A DNA stretch of 64,000 nt from Sedimentisphaerales bacterium (GTDB lineage Bacteria > Planctomycetota > Phycisphaerae > Sedimentisphaerales > Anaerobacaceae), in NCBI GenBank assembly GCA_963708075.1, contig OY970194.1:3456001-3520000 (forward strand), written 5' to 3'. This document shows, piece after piece, positions 51,405 through 61,795 of this stretch (position 1 is its first letter; each line of letters opens with the position of its first letter). Made by a program: the position numbers and the translations under genes. Under the pieces are notes generated by a model. It was not told the origin of the DNA. It saw only the letters and a program-made list of their open reading frames with translations, and made no database searches.

Positions 51405-54400
51405 CTAGTACACGCTGGATGGTCTGCTCTCCGGCCCGTTGCCCGCGGTTTCGACCTCCTCCCACGATGGCGCACGCCAGAGGTGGAGCTGGCCTTCCGA
51501 GTTGCAGGCAGCCAGCCACTGGCCATCCGGAGAGAAGGCGACGAAGAAGAACATGGAACCTTCTCCAGGGAGTGCTACCAGCTCGCGGCAGGTAGACATA
51601 TCCCAGAGCTTGACCGCCTCACGGCCGTTGCTTCCTGTGGCCAGGCGCCGGCCGTCGGCGGAGAAGGCCACCCCATGGGCGCCCAACGTGTGACCTTTGA
51701 AAGGAGGGATCAGCGGTTGTAGCGAAGAGGTGTCCCAAATGGCCAGCGTGCCATCCTCTGAGACACTGGCGGCCCGCGTGCTGTCACGGGAGAAGGCGAC
51801 ACCAGACACGAGGTGGTGGTGGGCTTCGGTCCTCGTGGCGAGGAGTTGTCCGGTTCTCGGCGTCCAACCAATACACAGAGCCTGTCCCGGTGCCGGTGGC
51901 CAGGAGCCGACCATCCGGGGAGACCTTGGCAGCCATCACGCGAGATTCCCGCTTCAGCACAAAAGTTCGGGCCGGTTGCCATGTATGAGTGTCCCACAAG
52001 ACTCTCCTCCCCTGGGGGTCCACAGAGAGGAGCCACCTGCCGTCGGCGCGGAAGCCCATGGGGTAGATCGGACCATTGGGGTCGCCCAACTCCCGCACCA
52101 GGCGGCGCTCAGCACAGGACCACACGCGGACCTTCCCACCCGTGTCCCCGCTGACCAACAAGGTTCCGTCCGGCGAATAAACGACAATCCGGACGTCCGT
52201 ACCCAACGCGGGGAGCTGCTCAATCTCTTTTGCCGCTGCCGGATCGAACAACCGGACGGTCCCGCCAATCGGCAGCGCCAGTACCCGGCTGTCCGGAGCG
52301 AAGGCGGGGAAGGCCGATGCGCCCAATGCAATCAGTCTGGGCTGTTGTTCTTCGCGCCGGGGGCGGGCATCCCAGAAGGAGATGCCCCCGTCCTTGCACG
52401 CGCTGGCCAGCGTCGTGCCATCCGGCGAAAGCGCCAGTCCATAAACCTCATCCTGGCTGCCCCGAAGGGTGGCCAGACATTTTCCCTGCTCCACGTCCCA
52501 GATGCGGATGGTCTGGTCGGCGCTGGCCGAATACAGCCGCAGACCGTCGTTCGAGAAGGCGAGTTGGCAAATCCAGGAAGTGTGCCCCTCGAGGGGACTC
52601 AGCAGTCTCCCCGAGGCAGCATCCGAAAGTCGGATGGTGCCGCTTGTGTAGCCGCTGCCACTGGCAATGACCGAACCGTTCGGCGACCAAGCCACGGCGC
52701 TGATGGGTTCTGGATGCGCCTCCGGGATGTCGAAAATCCTATCCCCCATGGCGAGGTCCACTGCCTGCAGGCGACGTGCGCCATCACCAATGGCCAGGAC
52801 CTTCCCGTCAGGCGAAAAATCCAGTCTGCCTGCGTGCATGCCCAAGTTCTGAATCGCTAAGCCGGGAATCCGGCGAACGACGGTCCCTTGGTCCACCGCC
52901 CACACGATGGCTTCGCCTGGACGGCTCAGGCTGGCCAGACGGGTCCCATCACGCGAGAAGCCGAGGGCATGCACGAGACCGTCAAGGGCAAGCTGACGGA
53001 CGAGATCCCAGGTGTCGGTCCGCCAGAGTCGGACCTGGCTGCCGACGCCTGCCGCCAGCAGATTGCCTTGGGGCGAGAAGGCCACTACATGGCCCTCGTT
53101 CAGCACCAGGCTCACCATTCGCCGCCGACCTGGCACATCCCAGATATCGACAAATTCCCGGGTCATTCCAGCCACGGCGAGCGTCTTGCCGTCGGGAGAA
53201 TAGGCCAGCGAGTGGGCCGAGGGTGGGTAGCGGCAGAGCTCGCCGAGCGCATCGCTGCGGCACTCCCGCCACAGGTAGCGCCACTCCCAGCCCCGCAGAT
53301 CGGCCTGGCCCGGGCGCGGTCGATGGGCCTCCAGCAGCCGCCGGGCGCGACCCAGGTCATTCATCGCCAGCGCCTGCTGCGCGAGGCTCATGTCGGAAGC
53401 ATAGGCAAGTTGGCGCGCGGTCATTTCGTTGGCCTGCGCCTGCTCGCGCTGGTGACTCTCCGCTCGTTTCGCCTGAGTCGCCCGAACCGCCTGCCAACTG
53501 CTCACTAACGCTCCAAGCACTAGCACCGCTGCCACAACTGCGGCGGCGGCAAAGACTCCCCTGTTCCGGTGGACCAGCTTCTGGAAGCGATAGAGCGTGC
53601 CGGGCCGCCCGGCGGATACGGGCTCATTGTTCAGGTGCCGCTCAATATCCTCCGCCAAGGCATGCGCCGTCTGATATCGCCGCATCCGGTCCTTGTCCAA
53701 GGCCTTGAGTGTGATCCAATCCAAGTCACCCTGGAGTCTGCGCCGCAGGGCTCGAGGATCCGTTTGTCGCCGTCGAGCGGACTCGGTCGATTCCTCCACC
53801 GAAGTTATGGCCAGTTGCGTGCTCGGGGTTTTCGGATCATCCTCACAGATGACCTTACGGATGTGGTCAATGCTGCCTTCGCGAAATGCCTTAGGATCAA
53901 AGGGCAACACACCTGTGAGCAATTCATAGAGCACAATACCGAGAGAGTAGACATCTGTACGGGTATCAACGTCCTGATTACTCAGGTCCGCCTGCTCGGG
54001 ACTCATGTACTCGGGTGTCCCGATCAGTTGCCCCTGCTCGGTATACAAGGTCCGTTCGGTCAAGGGCTGGCTGATGGCGCGGGCGACCCCGAAGTCGATG
54101 ACCTTGGGGATCATCTCCTCGTCCTGGATCACGACGAGGATATTGGACGGTTTGAGGTCGCGATGGATGATTCCCTTCTGGTGGGCGTGCTGGATCGCCT
54201 CGCAGACGTACAGGAACAGCCGCAGCCGTTCCTCGATCGTCAGCTTGTACTTATCGCAGTGTTCGGTGATGGGGATGCCTCGGACGTGCTCCATCACGAA
54301 ATACGGTCTTCCGCTGGGGGCCAGTCCGGCATCGTAGACGCGGGCAATGTGCGGGTGCTCCATCAGGGCCAGCGCCTGCTGCTCGGCCTCGAAGCGGGCG

Positions 54401-54690
54401 AGCACGCGTTTTGAGTCCATACCGGGCTTGATGACCTTCAGCGCGACCTGTCGTTTCACCGGCCGCTCCTGTTCAGCCAGATACACTATCCCCATGCCGC
54501 CCTCGCCGAGGATGCTGAGCAGTCTATACCGCCCGATGCGTGCGCCGGGCTGCTCCAGAAACGTGCAGGCAGAGAGCGTGGGCTGAGCCTCGTGGTCTGC
54601 CTCAGGATGCTGCCACGCCTCGAACACGAGCCGGTCGAGCCCATCAGGTGCGGCGCCGAAGATCGTATCGTCATCTCTCATCTGCATCAC
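51405..54690 (-). CDS. Membrane Ser/Thr protein kinase with WD40 repeats; apparent +1 frameshift at 51852-51858
   Basis: Kinase motifs, TM, LRGWEWRYL and WD40 repeats. The last repeats are in ORF 51405-51914 and join as LDAETGQLLA after removing one A. Confidence 0.88.
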
Positions 54691-54709
54691 TCATATCCGT
54701 AAGAGAGGG

Positions 54710-55477
54710 CTACGGCCTGCTCTCCTTCTTCAGGAATCGGAACATTTCGCCCAATTCTTCTTCCGCCGCCTCGCCGGACAGGACGGTCTGTCGCACGTGT
54801 TTGACCAGGATGGCCTGGAATTGCCTTTTGACGGTGCCCAGCATATTGGAAGCCTTGGTCTCATCCTCTACGTTGTAGTGCTCGCACAGCTGCGTCAATG
54901 AAGGGGCATCGAGTCCCTCCAAGCTCGGGCGTACCAGGCGGTCTCGAAAGAGCTGCCAATGCGTCTCCATGTTGTGTCCGACGTACCACTGCTTCAACTC
55001 AGAAAGGGCTCGATCCAGCAGGTCCGCCTTCCAGGCATAGTCGAAGCATTGCTCCGCCTCAAGCTCGCTCACCTCCTGCGGCAGCACGGGCGGTCGGCTG
55101 GCGTCCAGCGGGACCTGCTTGGCCTCCGGGATGCGCTTCTGCGCGGTTTCCTTGCGCTGCTCGTCCACCAGATACTGATTCAGGGCGTGGAGCAGGAATG
55201 TGCGAAAACGACCCTTCGATTGATCCGCGCGTTCGACGAGGGACCGGTTGAGCACAATCTCATGGAAGAAACCCTGGGTCAGGTCCTTGGCGGGCTCATT
55301 GCCATAGCCCTTGCGCCGAAGATAGCAGTAGACCGGCTTCCAGTATCGTTCCAGGAGTAGCCCAATCAAGGCCCGGTCCTTGTCTTCGTGCTCCTGGATG
55401 TCCCCAATGAGGGACCAATGGGTTGTGAGGAACGTCTCCCTTGCTCCCCCCATGTCTGTGCGATCACGGTACGCCAT
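54710..55477 (-). CDS. ECF-type sigma factor, paralogue of 48678-49451
   Basis: DMGG..E.FLTTHWSLI, YWKPVYCYLRRKG, AKDLTQGFF. Confidence 0.85.
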   Translation of the reverse strand: MAYRDRTDMGGARETFLTTHWSLIGDIQEHEDKDRALIGLLLERYWKPVYCYLRRKGYGNEPAKDLTQGFFHEIVLNRSLVERADQSKGRFRTFLLHALNQYLVDEQRKETAQKRIPEAKQVPLDASRPPVLPQEVSELEAEQCFDYAWKADLLDRALSELKQWYVGHNMETHWQLFRDRLVRPSLEGLDAPSLTQLCEHYNVEDETKASNMLGTVKRQFQAILVKHVRQTVLSGEAAEEELGEMFRFLKKESRP

Positions 55478-55776
55478 TTCTCCACGACCTCCAGGTCGAC
55501 CTGCCAGTCGCCGAGCACCAGCCGGCTCACATGTATCATACCGTCCGAGTGACTGCATCGGCAAGGAGGCATCGGGGGCCGAATGCATATTGCGCCTGAA
55601 TTCCTGGAATTTCTCAGGAATTCATGCAGGATTCCCAATTCCTTACGGAACTACAGACATCCTCATGGGCGTGTCGGGCCACAGCGAGGACGTGTCATGT
55701 GCCGGATTTCCGTATCGACAACTCTTTCGAAAGGACAATAAAATGAGACGGCTTGAGTCGAACAGGAGCGTTATCA

Positions 55777-56009
55777 AGGTCTACTCCCGGGCCGTCAAGT
55801 CGATGAGCAACTGACGAAACGTTGGCTTTCCCCACTGCGGAGGACGAGAATGGCTCGCGACCCCTGCTCATTTATGGCCGGCCTTCGGGCCCAAAGGAAG
55901 GTGTGAGATGAAGCTTTTTGAGATTCCGATGGTGGTAACATCCCTGATGGGCCTGGGTTTCCTCATGGGTTTGGAAGCGTCCCCGGCGCGGGCCGATTTC
56001 ACCTTTGGC
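55777..56009 (+). repeat. ~230-bp direct repeat of 57538-57770
   Basis: Near-identical block covering a LamG gene 3' end (RAVKSMSN*), the spacer and the next signal peptide. Confidence 0.92.
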
Positions 56010-57575
56010 ACGCCCACAAACCTGGGGCCAACGGTCAACAGTTCGGCTGACGATCAGAACGCGGCCATCTCGCCCGACGGACTGGAGCTCTATTATTCCT
56101 CGATGCGGCCCGGTGGGCCCGGGAACTGCGACCTTTGGGTGACGACCCGGGCAACGAAAGAGGATGACTGGCGAACCCCGGTGAATCTCGGGTCAACCGT
56201 CAACAGTTCGTCCTGGGAATACTCCCCGGATCTATCGGCCGACGGACTGAAGCTCTACTTCGTCTCCAGTCGGCCGGGTGGGTGTGGTGGTGACGACGAA
56301 TGGGTGACGACTCGGGCCACGGTTTCCAGCCCCTGGGGTACTCCGGCTAATCTTGGCCCGACGGTCAACAGTTCGGGCTACGACGGCTGCCCCAGCATCT
56401 CGCACGATGGCCTCATGCTCACCTTCAACTCAGATCGGCCCGGAGGGTATGGTGGCTGGGATGTGTGGGTAGCGACGCGGGCAACAACAAATGACGCATG
56501 GGGCACCCCCGTGAATGCTGGGCCAGTGGTCAACAGTTCCGCGAGAGAACACTGCACGGACATCTGGTCCGACGGCTTGCTGCTCTTCTTCGTCTCCGAG
56601 CGATCAGGCGGTTTCGGCCGCACTGACCTGTGGATGACGAGACGACCCACGACAAGCGATCCGTGGGGACCCCCAGTGCATTTCGAGTCGCCGGTGAACC
56701 ATTCGGGTCTCGATCATGGGCCAATCGCCTCAAGCGATGGCTCTACCTTCTACTTCAGCTCCGACCGGCCCGGCGGCTCCGGTGGCATTGACCTGTGGCA
56801 GATGTCCATCACCCCGGTCGTTGACTTCAACGGCGACGGGAAGGTGGACATCAAAGACCTGCTGAGATTGATCGAATCCTGGCGGAAGTACGACCCTTCT
56901 GTGGACATTGGCCCAACGCCGCTGGGGGATGGCGTCGTGGATGAGAAGGACCTGGAGGTCCTGATGGATAGTTGGGGCAAGCAGGTGCAAGATGGCACGC
57001 TCGTGGCCCACTGGAAGTTGGATGAGGCCGAGGGCATGACCGCCTCCGACAGTGCCGGCGGCCACAATGGCACTGTGGTGGGCATCGCCGCGTGGCAGCC
57101 TGCCGGTGGGACAGTGGGCGGGGCACTGGAGTTCAACGGGACGACATTCGTGGCGGCTGACTTTGTCCTGAATCCCGGGAAGGCTCCATTCAGTGTTCTG
57201 GCCTGGGTCAAGGGCGGCGGGCCTGGGCAGACCCTCGTCTCCCAAACGGGCGGGGTCAACTGGCTGACGGCCAATGCCCAAGGCGCCCTGACGACCGAAC
57301 TATCCAAGGGGGGCCGGTCGGGTGTGGGACTTTCGTCGCCGGTGGTCATCACCGATGGGGACTGGCATCGCATCGCTTTCACGTGGGACGGGGTGAACCG
57401 CCGGCTCTATGTGGACGGTATCTTGGCCGCGGAAGATGTGCACGACAAACTCGCAGATTCTTACGGCAAGCTAACCCTCGGTTCTGCCAAGAACATGGCC
57501 CCCGGGACCTTCTGGAAGGGCCTGATCGACGATGTGCGGATCTACAATCGGGCCGTCAAGTCGATGAGCAACTGA
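55908..57575 (+). CDS. Secreted PD40-propeller / dockerin-like / LamG protein
   Basis: Signal peptide ending ARA-DF; NLGPTVNSS...S.DGL.LYF.S.RPGG repeats; DFNGDGKVD; LamG. Confidence 0.9.
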   Translation: MKLFEIPMVVTSLMGLGFLMGLEASPARADFTFGTPTNLGPTVNSSADDQNAAISPDGLELYYSSMRPGGPGNCDLWVTTRATKEDDWRTPVNLGSTVNSSSWEYSPDLSADGLKLYFVSSRPGGCGGDDEWVTTRATVSSPWGTPANLGPTVNSSGYDGCPSISHDGLMLTFNSDRPGGYGGWDVWVATRATTNDAWGTPVNAGPVVNSSAREHCTDIWSDGLLLFFVSERSGGFGRTDLWMTRRPTTSDPWGPPVHFESPVNHSGLDHGPIASSDGSTFYFSSDRPGGSGGIDLWQMSITPVVDFNGDGKVDIKDLLRLIESWRKYDPSVDIGPTPLGDGVVDEKDLEVLMDSWGKQVQDGTLVAHWKLDEAEGMTASDSAGGHNGTVVGIAAWQPAGGTVGGALEFNGTTFVAADFVLNPGKAPFSVLAWVKGGGPGQTLVSQTGGVNWLTANAQGALTTELSKGGRSGVGLSSPVVITDGDWHRIAFTWDGVNRRLYVDGILAAEDVHDKLADSYGKLTLGSAKNMAPGTFWKGLIDDVRIYNRAVKSMSN

Positions 57576-57668
57576 CGAAACGTTGGCTTTCCCCACTGCG
57601 GGGGACGAGAATGGCTCGCGACCCCTGCTCATTTATGGCCGGCCTTCGGGCGGCAAGGAAGGTGTGAG

Positions 57669-59315
57669 ATGAAGCTTCTTGAGATTCCGGTGGTGGTAAC
57701 GTCCCTGATGGGCCTGGGTTTCCTCATGGGTCTGGAGGCGTCCCCAGCGCGGGCCGATTTCACCTTCGGCGAGCCGGTGAATGCCCTATCTACGTTTCCT
57801 TCCTTCGGCATAACGCACGAGAGTATCGCCTGTTTCTCCGCGGATGGCCTGGAAGCGTATCTCCAATCGAACCGTGCCGGGGGCCGGGGCGGCTTCGATC
57901 TCTGGGTTTACAAACGAGCCTCGGTCGAGGACGATTGGGGTCCGCCCGAGAATCTCGGGCCGAATATCAACAGCGCCAATTATGAGGGCTGGTCCTCCCT
58001 CACGGCCGACGGTCTGGAGCTCTATTTTGTCCGGCGGGACGAAGGGTATGGCAACGAAGATCTTTACGTGATCACGCGTACGACCCGAGACAGCCCTTGG
58101 GGCCCACCGACCGATCTGGGCCCGAACGTGAACGGCTCCTCTAAGGATAGTGAGTCTGCGGTGTCATCTGACGGCTTGGAGCTCTACTTCGCCTCCAACC
58201 GCCCGGGCGGATATGGCGCCTCGGATCTCTATGTCAGCAAGCGCGCGACGAGGAACGATCCCTGGAGCCCGGCGGTGAATCTCGGCTCGGCGGTGAATAG
58301 TCCCTCGGACGAAGGTTCCCCGTATCTTTCTCCGGACGGATTATTGCTCGTCTTCTACGATTACCTTACGCCCCGCCCCGGTGGCTACGGCAGCAACGAT
58401 TTGTGGATGACGAGGCGGGCCAGCCGTTCTGCTCCTTGGGAGCCGGTGGTGAATCTGGGACCCACGATCAACGGACCGACCCCGGAGTTAAAGCCGTGCT
58501 TTACTCCCGATGGCTCCGCCTTGTACTTCAGCCGGGGTGTCGCATCGCTCCTGAAGGCGCCGATCCTCCCCATCGTGGACTTCAACCACGACGGAATCGT
58601 GAATATCGACGACTTGGTCATTCTAATCGAGAATTGGGGCCAGACCAGCTTACAGTGCGACATTGGGCCAATGCCTTGGGGCGACGGCAAGGTCGATGCG
58701 CAAGATCTGGAGGTCCTGATGAGCCACTGGGGCGAGGAACCAGGATTGATCGCCAAGTGGAAGCTCGATGAAGTATCCGGAACTACAGCCGCCGATAGCA
58801 CGGGCACGAACGATGGCACGCTGATAAGCGGGCCGCTCTGGCAGCCGGACGGCGGGATCGAAGGCGGAGCGATACTCCTCGACGGTGTGGATGATTACAT
58901 AAGGACGCCCTTTGTACTCGATCCTGCCAGCGGGCCCTTCAGTGTTCGCGCGTGGATCAAGAACGGCTTGCCCGGACAGGTTTTCCTGTCTCAGGCCGGT
59001 GGTGTCAACTGGCTCATGCTCACACCCAGCGGCGCCTTGGCGACAGATCTGAAGCAGCCCGGCCGCCAGGGCAAACCGCTCCTATCCACTGCGATGATCA
59101 AGGACGATGTGTGGCATCAGATAGGCTTTGTGTGGGATGGCAGCAATCGCATTCTCTACGTCGACGGGGTTGAAGTTGCCCGGGATCAACAGGCAAACCT
59201 GGCCGGCTCAGCCGGTGGCCTTCACATTGGGGCGGGGGCAACTCTCGCGCCGGGCAATTTCTGGTCCGGCCTGATCGACGAGGTGCGGATCTACAACCGG
59301 GCCGTACAACCGTAA
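57669..59315 (+). CDS. Secreted PD40-propeller / dockerin-like / LamG protein, tandem paralogue
   Basis: Same architecture; almost identical signal peptide and diverged propeller. Confidence 0.9.
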   Translation: MKLLEIPVVVTSLMGLGFLMGLEASPARADFTFGEPVNALSTFPSFGITHESIACFSADGLEAYLQSNRAGGRGGFDLWVYKRASVEDDWGPPENLGPNINSANYEGWSSLTADGLELYFVRRDEGYGNEDLYVITRTTRDSPWGPPTDLGPNVNGSSKDSESAVSSDGLELYFASNRPGGYGASDLYVSKRATRNDPWSPAVNLGSAVNSPSDEGSPYLSPDGLLLVFYDYLTPRPGGYGSNDLWMTRRASRSAPWEPVVNLGPTINGPTPELKPCFTPDGSALYFSRGVASLLKAPILPIVDFNHDGIVNIDDLVILIENWGQTSLQCDIGPMPWGDGKVDAQDLEVLMSHWGEEPGLIAKWKLDEVSGTTAADSTGTNDGTLISGPLWQPDGGIEGGAILLDGVDDYIRTPFVLDPASGPFSVRAWIKNGLPGQVFLSQAGGVNWLMLTPSGALATDLKQPGRQGKPLLSTAMIKDDVWHQIGFVWDGSNRILYVDGVEVARDQQANLAGSAGGLHIGAGATLAPGNFWSGLIDEVRIYNRAVQP

Positions 59316-59500
59316 AGCAAATCCTTCACCTGGCATAGACAGGGGCAGGGCCGACGGATAACGAAACCGCCGGCCCTGTCTGTTCATGGGCTCCGACGCT
59401 GTCGTACCAACCCTGGTGAAAACGGGCCCGGGAGCTCGAAATCTTCATCTGTCTCCGAGAGAATACTCCCATTAACGATTCGAAACGATGGGGAGTCGGC

Positions 59501-59773
59501 ATGAGTGATGTGACACGGATCTTGAATGCCATCGAACGGGGGGACGCGAAAGCTACGGACGAACTCTTGCCCTTAGTCTATGAAGAACTCCGGCTGTTGG
59601 CCGCTCAGAAGCTATCCCATGAGGCTCCCGGTCAGACATTACAGGCCACCGCTTTGGTGCACGAGGCCTACGTCCGGCTCGTCGGGGATGGACCTGGAGG
59701 CTGGGACAACCGGGGCCATTTCTTTGCGGCGGCGGCGGAAGCGATGCGGCGCATCCTCGTGGAGAACGCACGG
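59501..59773 (+). pseudogene. Truncated ECF sigma factor (TIGR02999-like, planctomycete type)
   Basis: MSDVTRIL...LLPLVYEELR.LAA...TLQATALVHEAY...HFFAAAAEAMRRILVE.AR; homology ends ~24 bp before the IS1182 end, with no sigma4 region. Confidence 0.85.
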
Positions 59774-59796
59774 GGGGTTATGGGGTCAACTCTTGA

Positions 59797-61609
59797 CGGG
59801 CTGTTGCCGGAAGCAGCCGTGAGGGAGCGGTCATGGGTAGCAGGGGCCGGAAGGCACAGGGGTCGCTCCGCGGCGATGAATCGACTGTAGAGGCTTCAGG
59901 AAGGTCCGGAGAAGTCCTGCCGGCGTGTCCAGAATGGTCCCGAGCGTGTGTGGGGCCGGGGCGCTGTGGCCTGGAGCCTGCGAGCAGGCCCCACGAGTGC
60001 GCCGACCCGTATGGCGCAGAAGGGTTCGCAAGTTCTGCACCGTCGCAATCAGCAGATCCTGAATCCGCTGACGCCAGAGCCGACGCCACCGGGCCCGCTT
60101 GAACCCATGGTGCGTCGCCGCATCCCCGAAGCTGCCCTCCATCCGCCATTTACGACGCCGGCGGTCGCGTGTGGCCGCCCGGCTGTGCGATTGCGCCCGG
60201 GCGGCGTCGATCGCGTCCTGGTCATAGTGCCGCTTGATCGTCCGGGCGGTCCCCTTGGCGCGGGTGCATTGCTGGCGCATCGAGCACTCCTGGCAGACCG
60301 CGGCGGCACAGGCGTATTCATAGGCCTGACGCTGCTTCTTGTGCTTGCGACGTGTGAGCGTCTGGCCTGCCGGACAGCGGTAGGTGTCGCTCGTGGAATC
60401 GTAGAGAAACTGCTCGATGCCGAAGATGCCCTGCATACAGGGTTTGTTCGCCTGCGACAACGTCAGGTCCGCCATGTGGCTGTTGATCCCACGCTGCCGA
60501 CAAGCCCGGAAGTTCTCCACCGTGCCGTACTGCATGTCGGCCACCACCGTCTCTGTCGTGCAGCCGGTGTTCTGCTCGTGCTGATCCGCCAGGTCCATCA
60601 ACTTGGCGTTCTCTTCCACATCCCCGGCCGTGGTGGCCACCGCCGTGATGACGCCACACAGATCATCCACCACCCGATGATTCTTGTACCGCGCCCGGGG
60701 GCCATGGGGCCCTTTGCGAACGATGGCGGCATCCGGATCGCTCGTGCTGACCATGGAGCGGTTCTTGGGCTTATAGTACTTCTTGGTCCCGCTCGGGGGC
60801 GACTGGGTGGCAGGCACAGGAGCAGGCGTCTGGCCGCAGGGGCCCTCCCCTTCGTTGGAGGCCGCCGTGGCAGTCGCGGCAGCTGGCGAGGCAATCGCCT
60901 TCGGGACCGATGCACAGGCTTCACTCGTGGCCATAGAGCCGTCGGCGGCGGGCTTAGGCGGGGAAGGTTCAGGTTCCTGCAGTTTCGTCATCTCGCCTCG
61001 AAGCGCCTGTCGCAGACGCTCGATCCAGAGTTCCGGGCCCTTGCAGACGGAGTTGTTGGAGGCGTTGGCGTCCACCAGGCTGCCATCCATGTGTATCTTG
61101 CGTCCGTTGACCAGACCGGCCTGGACACACTGAGCGACTCCCCTGGCGAAAGCCGTCTCGAACACCTCGCTGCCCCAGCGGCGGCGGGCCTTGCTCAGCA
61201 CGCTATGGTCGGGCACCTCGCTATCGAGGTCATAGCCCAGGAACCACAGCCAGTCCAAACGGTACGGCAGGGTCCGCATCAACTCCCGCTCCGAGGCCAC
61301 ATCGTAGAGGAACAACAGCAGCATCAGCTTGAGGATCACCGGCGGCGGCACCGAGACGTTTCCCTTGACGCCGTAGCGCCTCTGGACCAAGCCGTAGGTG
61401 AACTCGAAATCCACCATCGCCCGGATCTTGCGAAGCAGATGGTCCTGTGGAATCCGCTGCTCCAGAGAGAAATCGTAGTAGAAGAGTTTGCCCGACGGCT
61501 GTGACTGTCTGCCCATCATAAGGAGTCCCTTCCTTACCACCAATTCATCAGGACTCCTAAAGTATACTCACATACTCCTGAAAAGCAAGCCTATTCCGGC
61601 AACAGCCCG
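59797..61609 (-). mobile_element. IS1182-family insertion sequence
   Basis: 16-bp TIR CGGGCTGTTGCCGGAA at both ends; TTGA duplicated at 59793-96 and 61610-13. Confidence 0.88.
59831..61519 (-). CDS. IS1182-family DDE transposase
   Basis: DUF772-type N-terminus (IP.DHLLR.I, PDHS.LS), DGS.V.ANAS, AD..YG, Y.CPAG, E..FG.A...HG. Confidence 0.9.
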   Translation of the reverse strand: MMGRQSQPSGKLFYYDFSLEQRIPQDHLLRKIRAMVDFEFTYGLVQRRYGVKGNVSVPPPVILKLMLLLFLYDVASERELMRTLPYRLDWLWFLGYDLDSEVPDHSVLSKARRRWGSEVFETAFARGVAQCVQAGLVNGRKIHMDGSLVDANASNNSVCKGPELWIERLRQALRGEMTKLQEPEPSPPKPAADGSMATSEACASVPKAIASPAAATATAASNEGEGPCGQTPAPVPATQSPPSGTKKYYKPKNRSMVSTSDPDAAIVRKGPHGPRARYKNHRVVDDLCGVITAVATTAGDVEENAKLMDLADQHEQNTGCTTETVVADMQYGTVENFRACRQRGINSHMADLTLSQANKPCMQGIFGIEQFLYDSTSDTYRCPAGQTLTRRKHKKQRQAYEYACAAAVCQECSMRQQCTRAKGTARTIKRHYDQDAIDAARAQSHSRAATRDRRRRKWRMEGSFGDAATHHGFKRARWRRLWRQRIQDLLIATVQNLRTLLRHTGRRTRGACSQAPGHSAPAPHTLGTILDTPAGLLRTFLKPLQSIHRRGATPVPSGPCYP

Positions 61610-61795
61610 TTGACGCTTGACAGGCAGGTCAAGCGTCAAGGCCCATCGAGTCCCTGAACCCACGTTGTGCGCATGCTATGGTGCACGTCTGCGGCGTTTG
61701 CCGTTCAGGCCCGATTGTTGGTGTCATCGCCGTTTGCATGGTTTTCCCTTCTTCCGGCGATGCGGGCTCGGTAAGATTGGCGCGGCGGTGTGATT

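Noticed and set aside
55777..57770. Diversity-generating retroelement TR/VR pair
   Set aside because: No reverse transcriptase in the window, mismatches are not confined to adenines, and the repeat covers a spacer and signal peptide.
44107..61609. tRNA-integrated genomic island or prophage
   Set aside because: No integrase or phage genes, and I saw no duplicated tRNA 3' end within the window.
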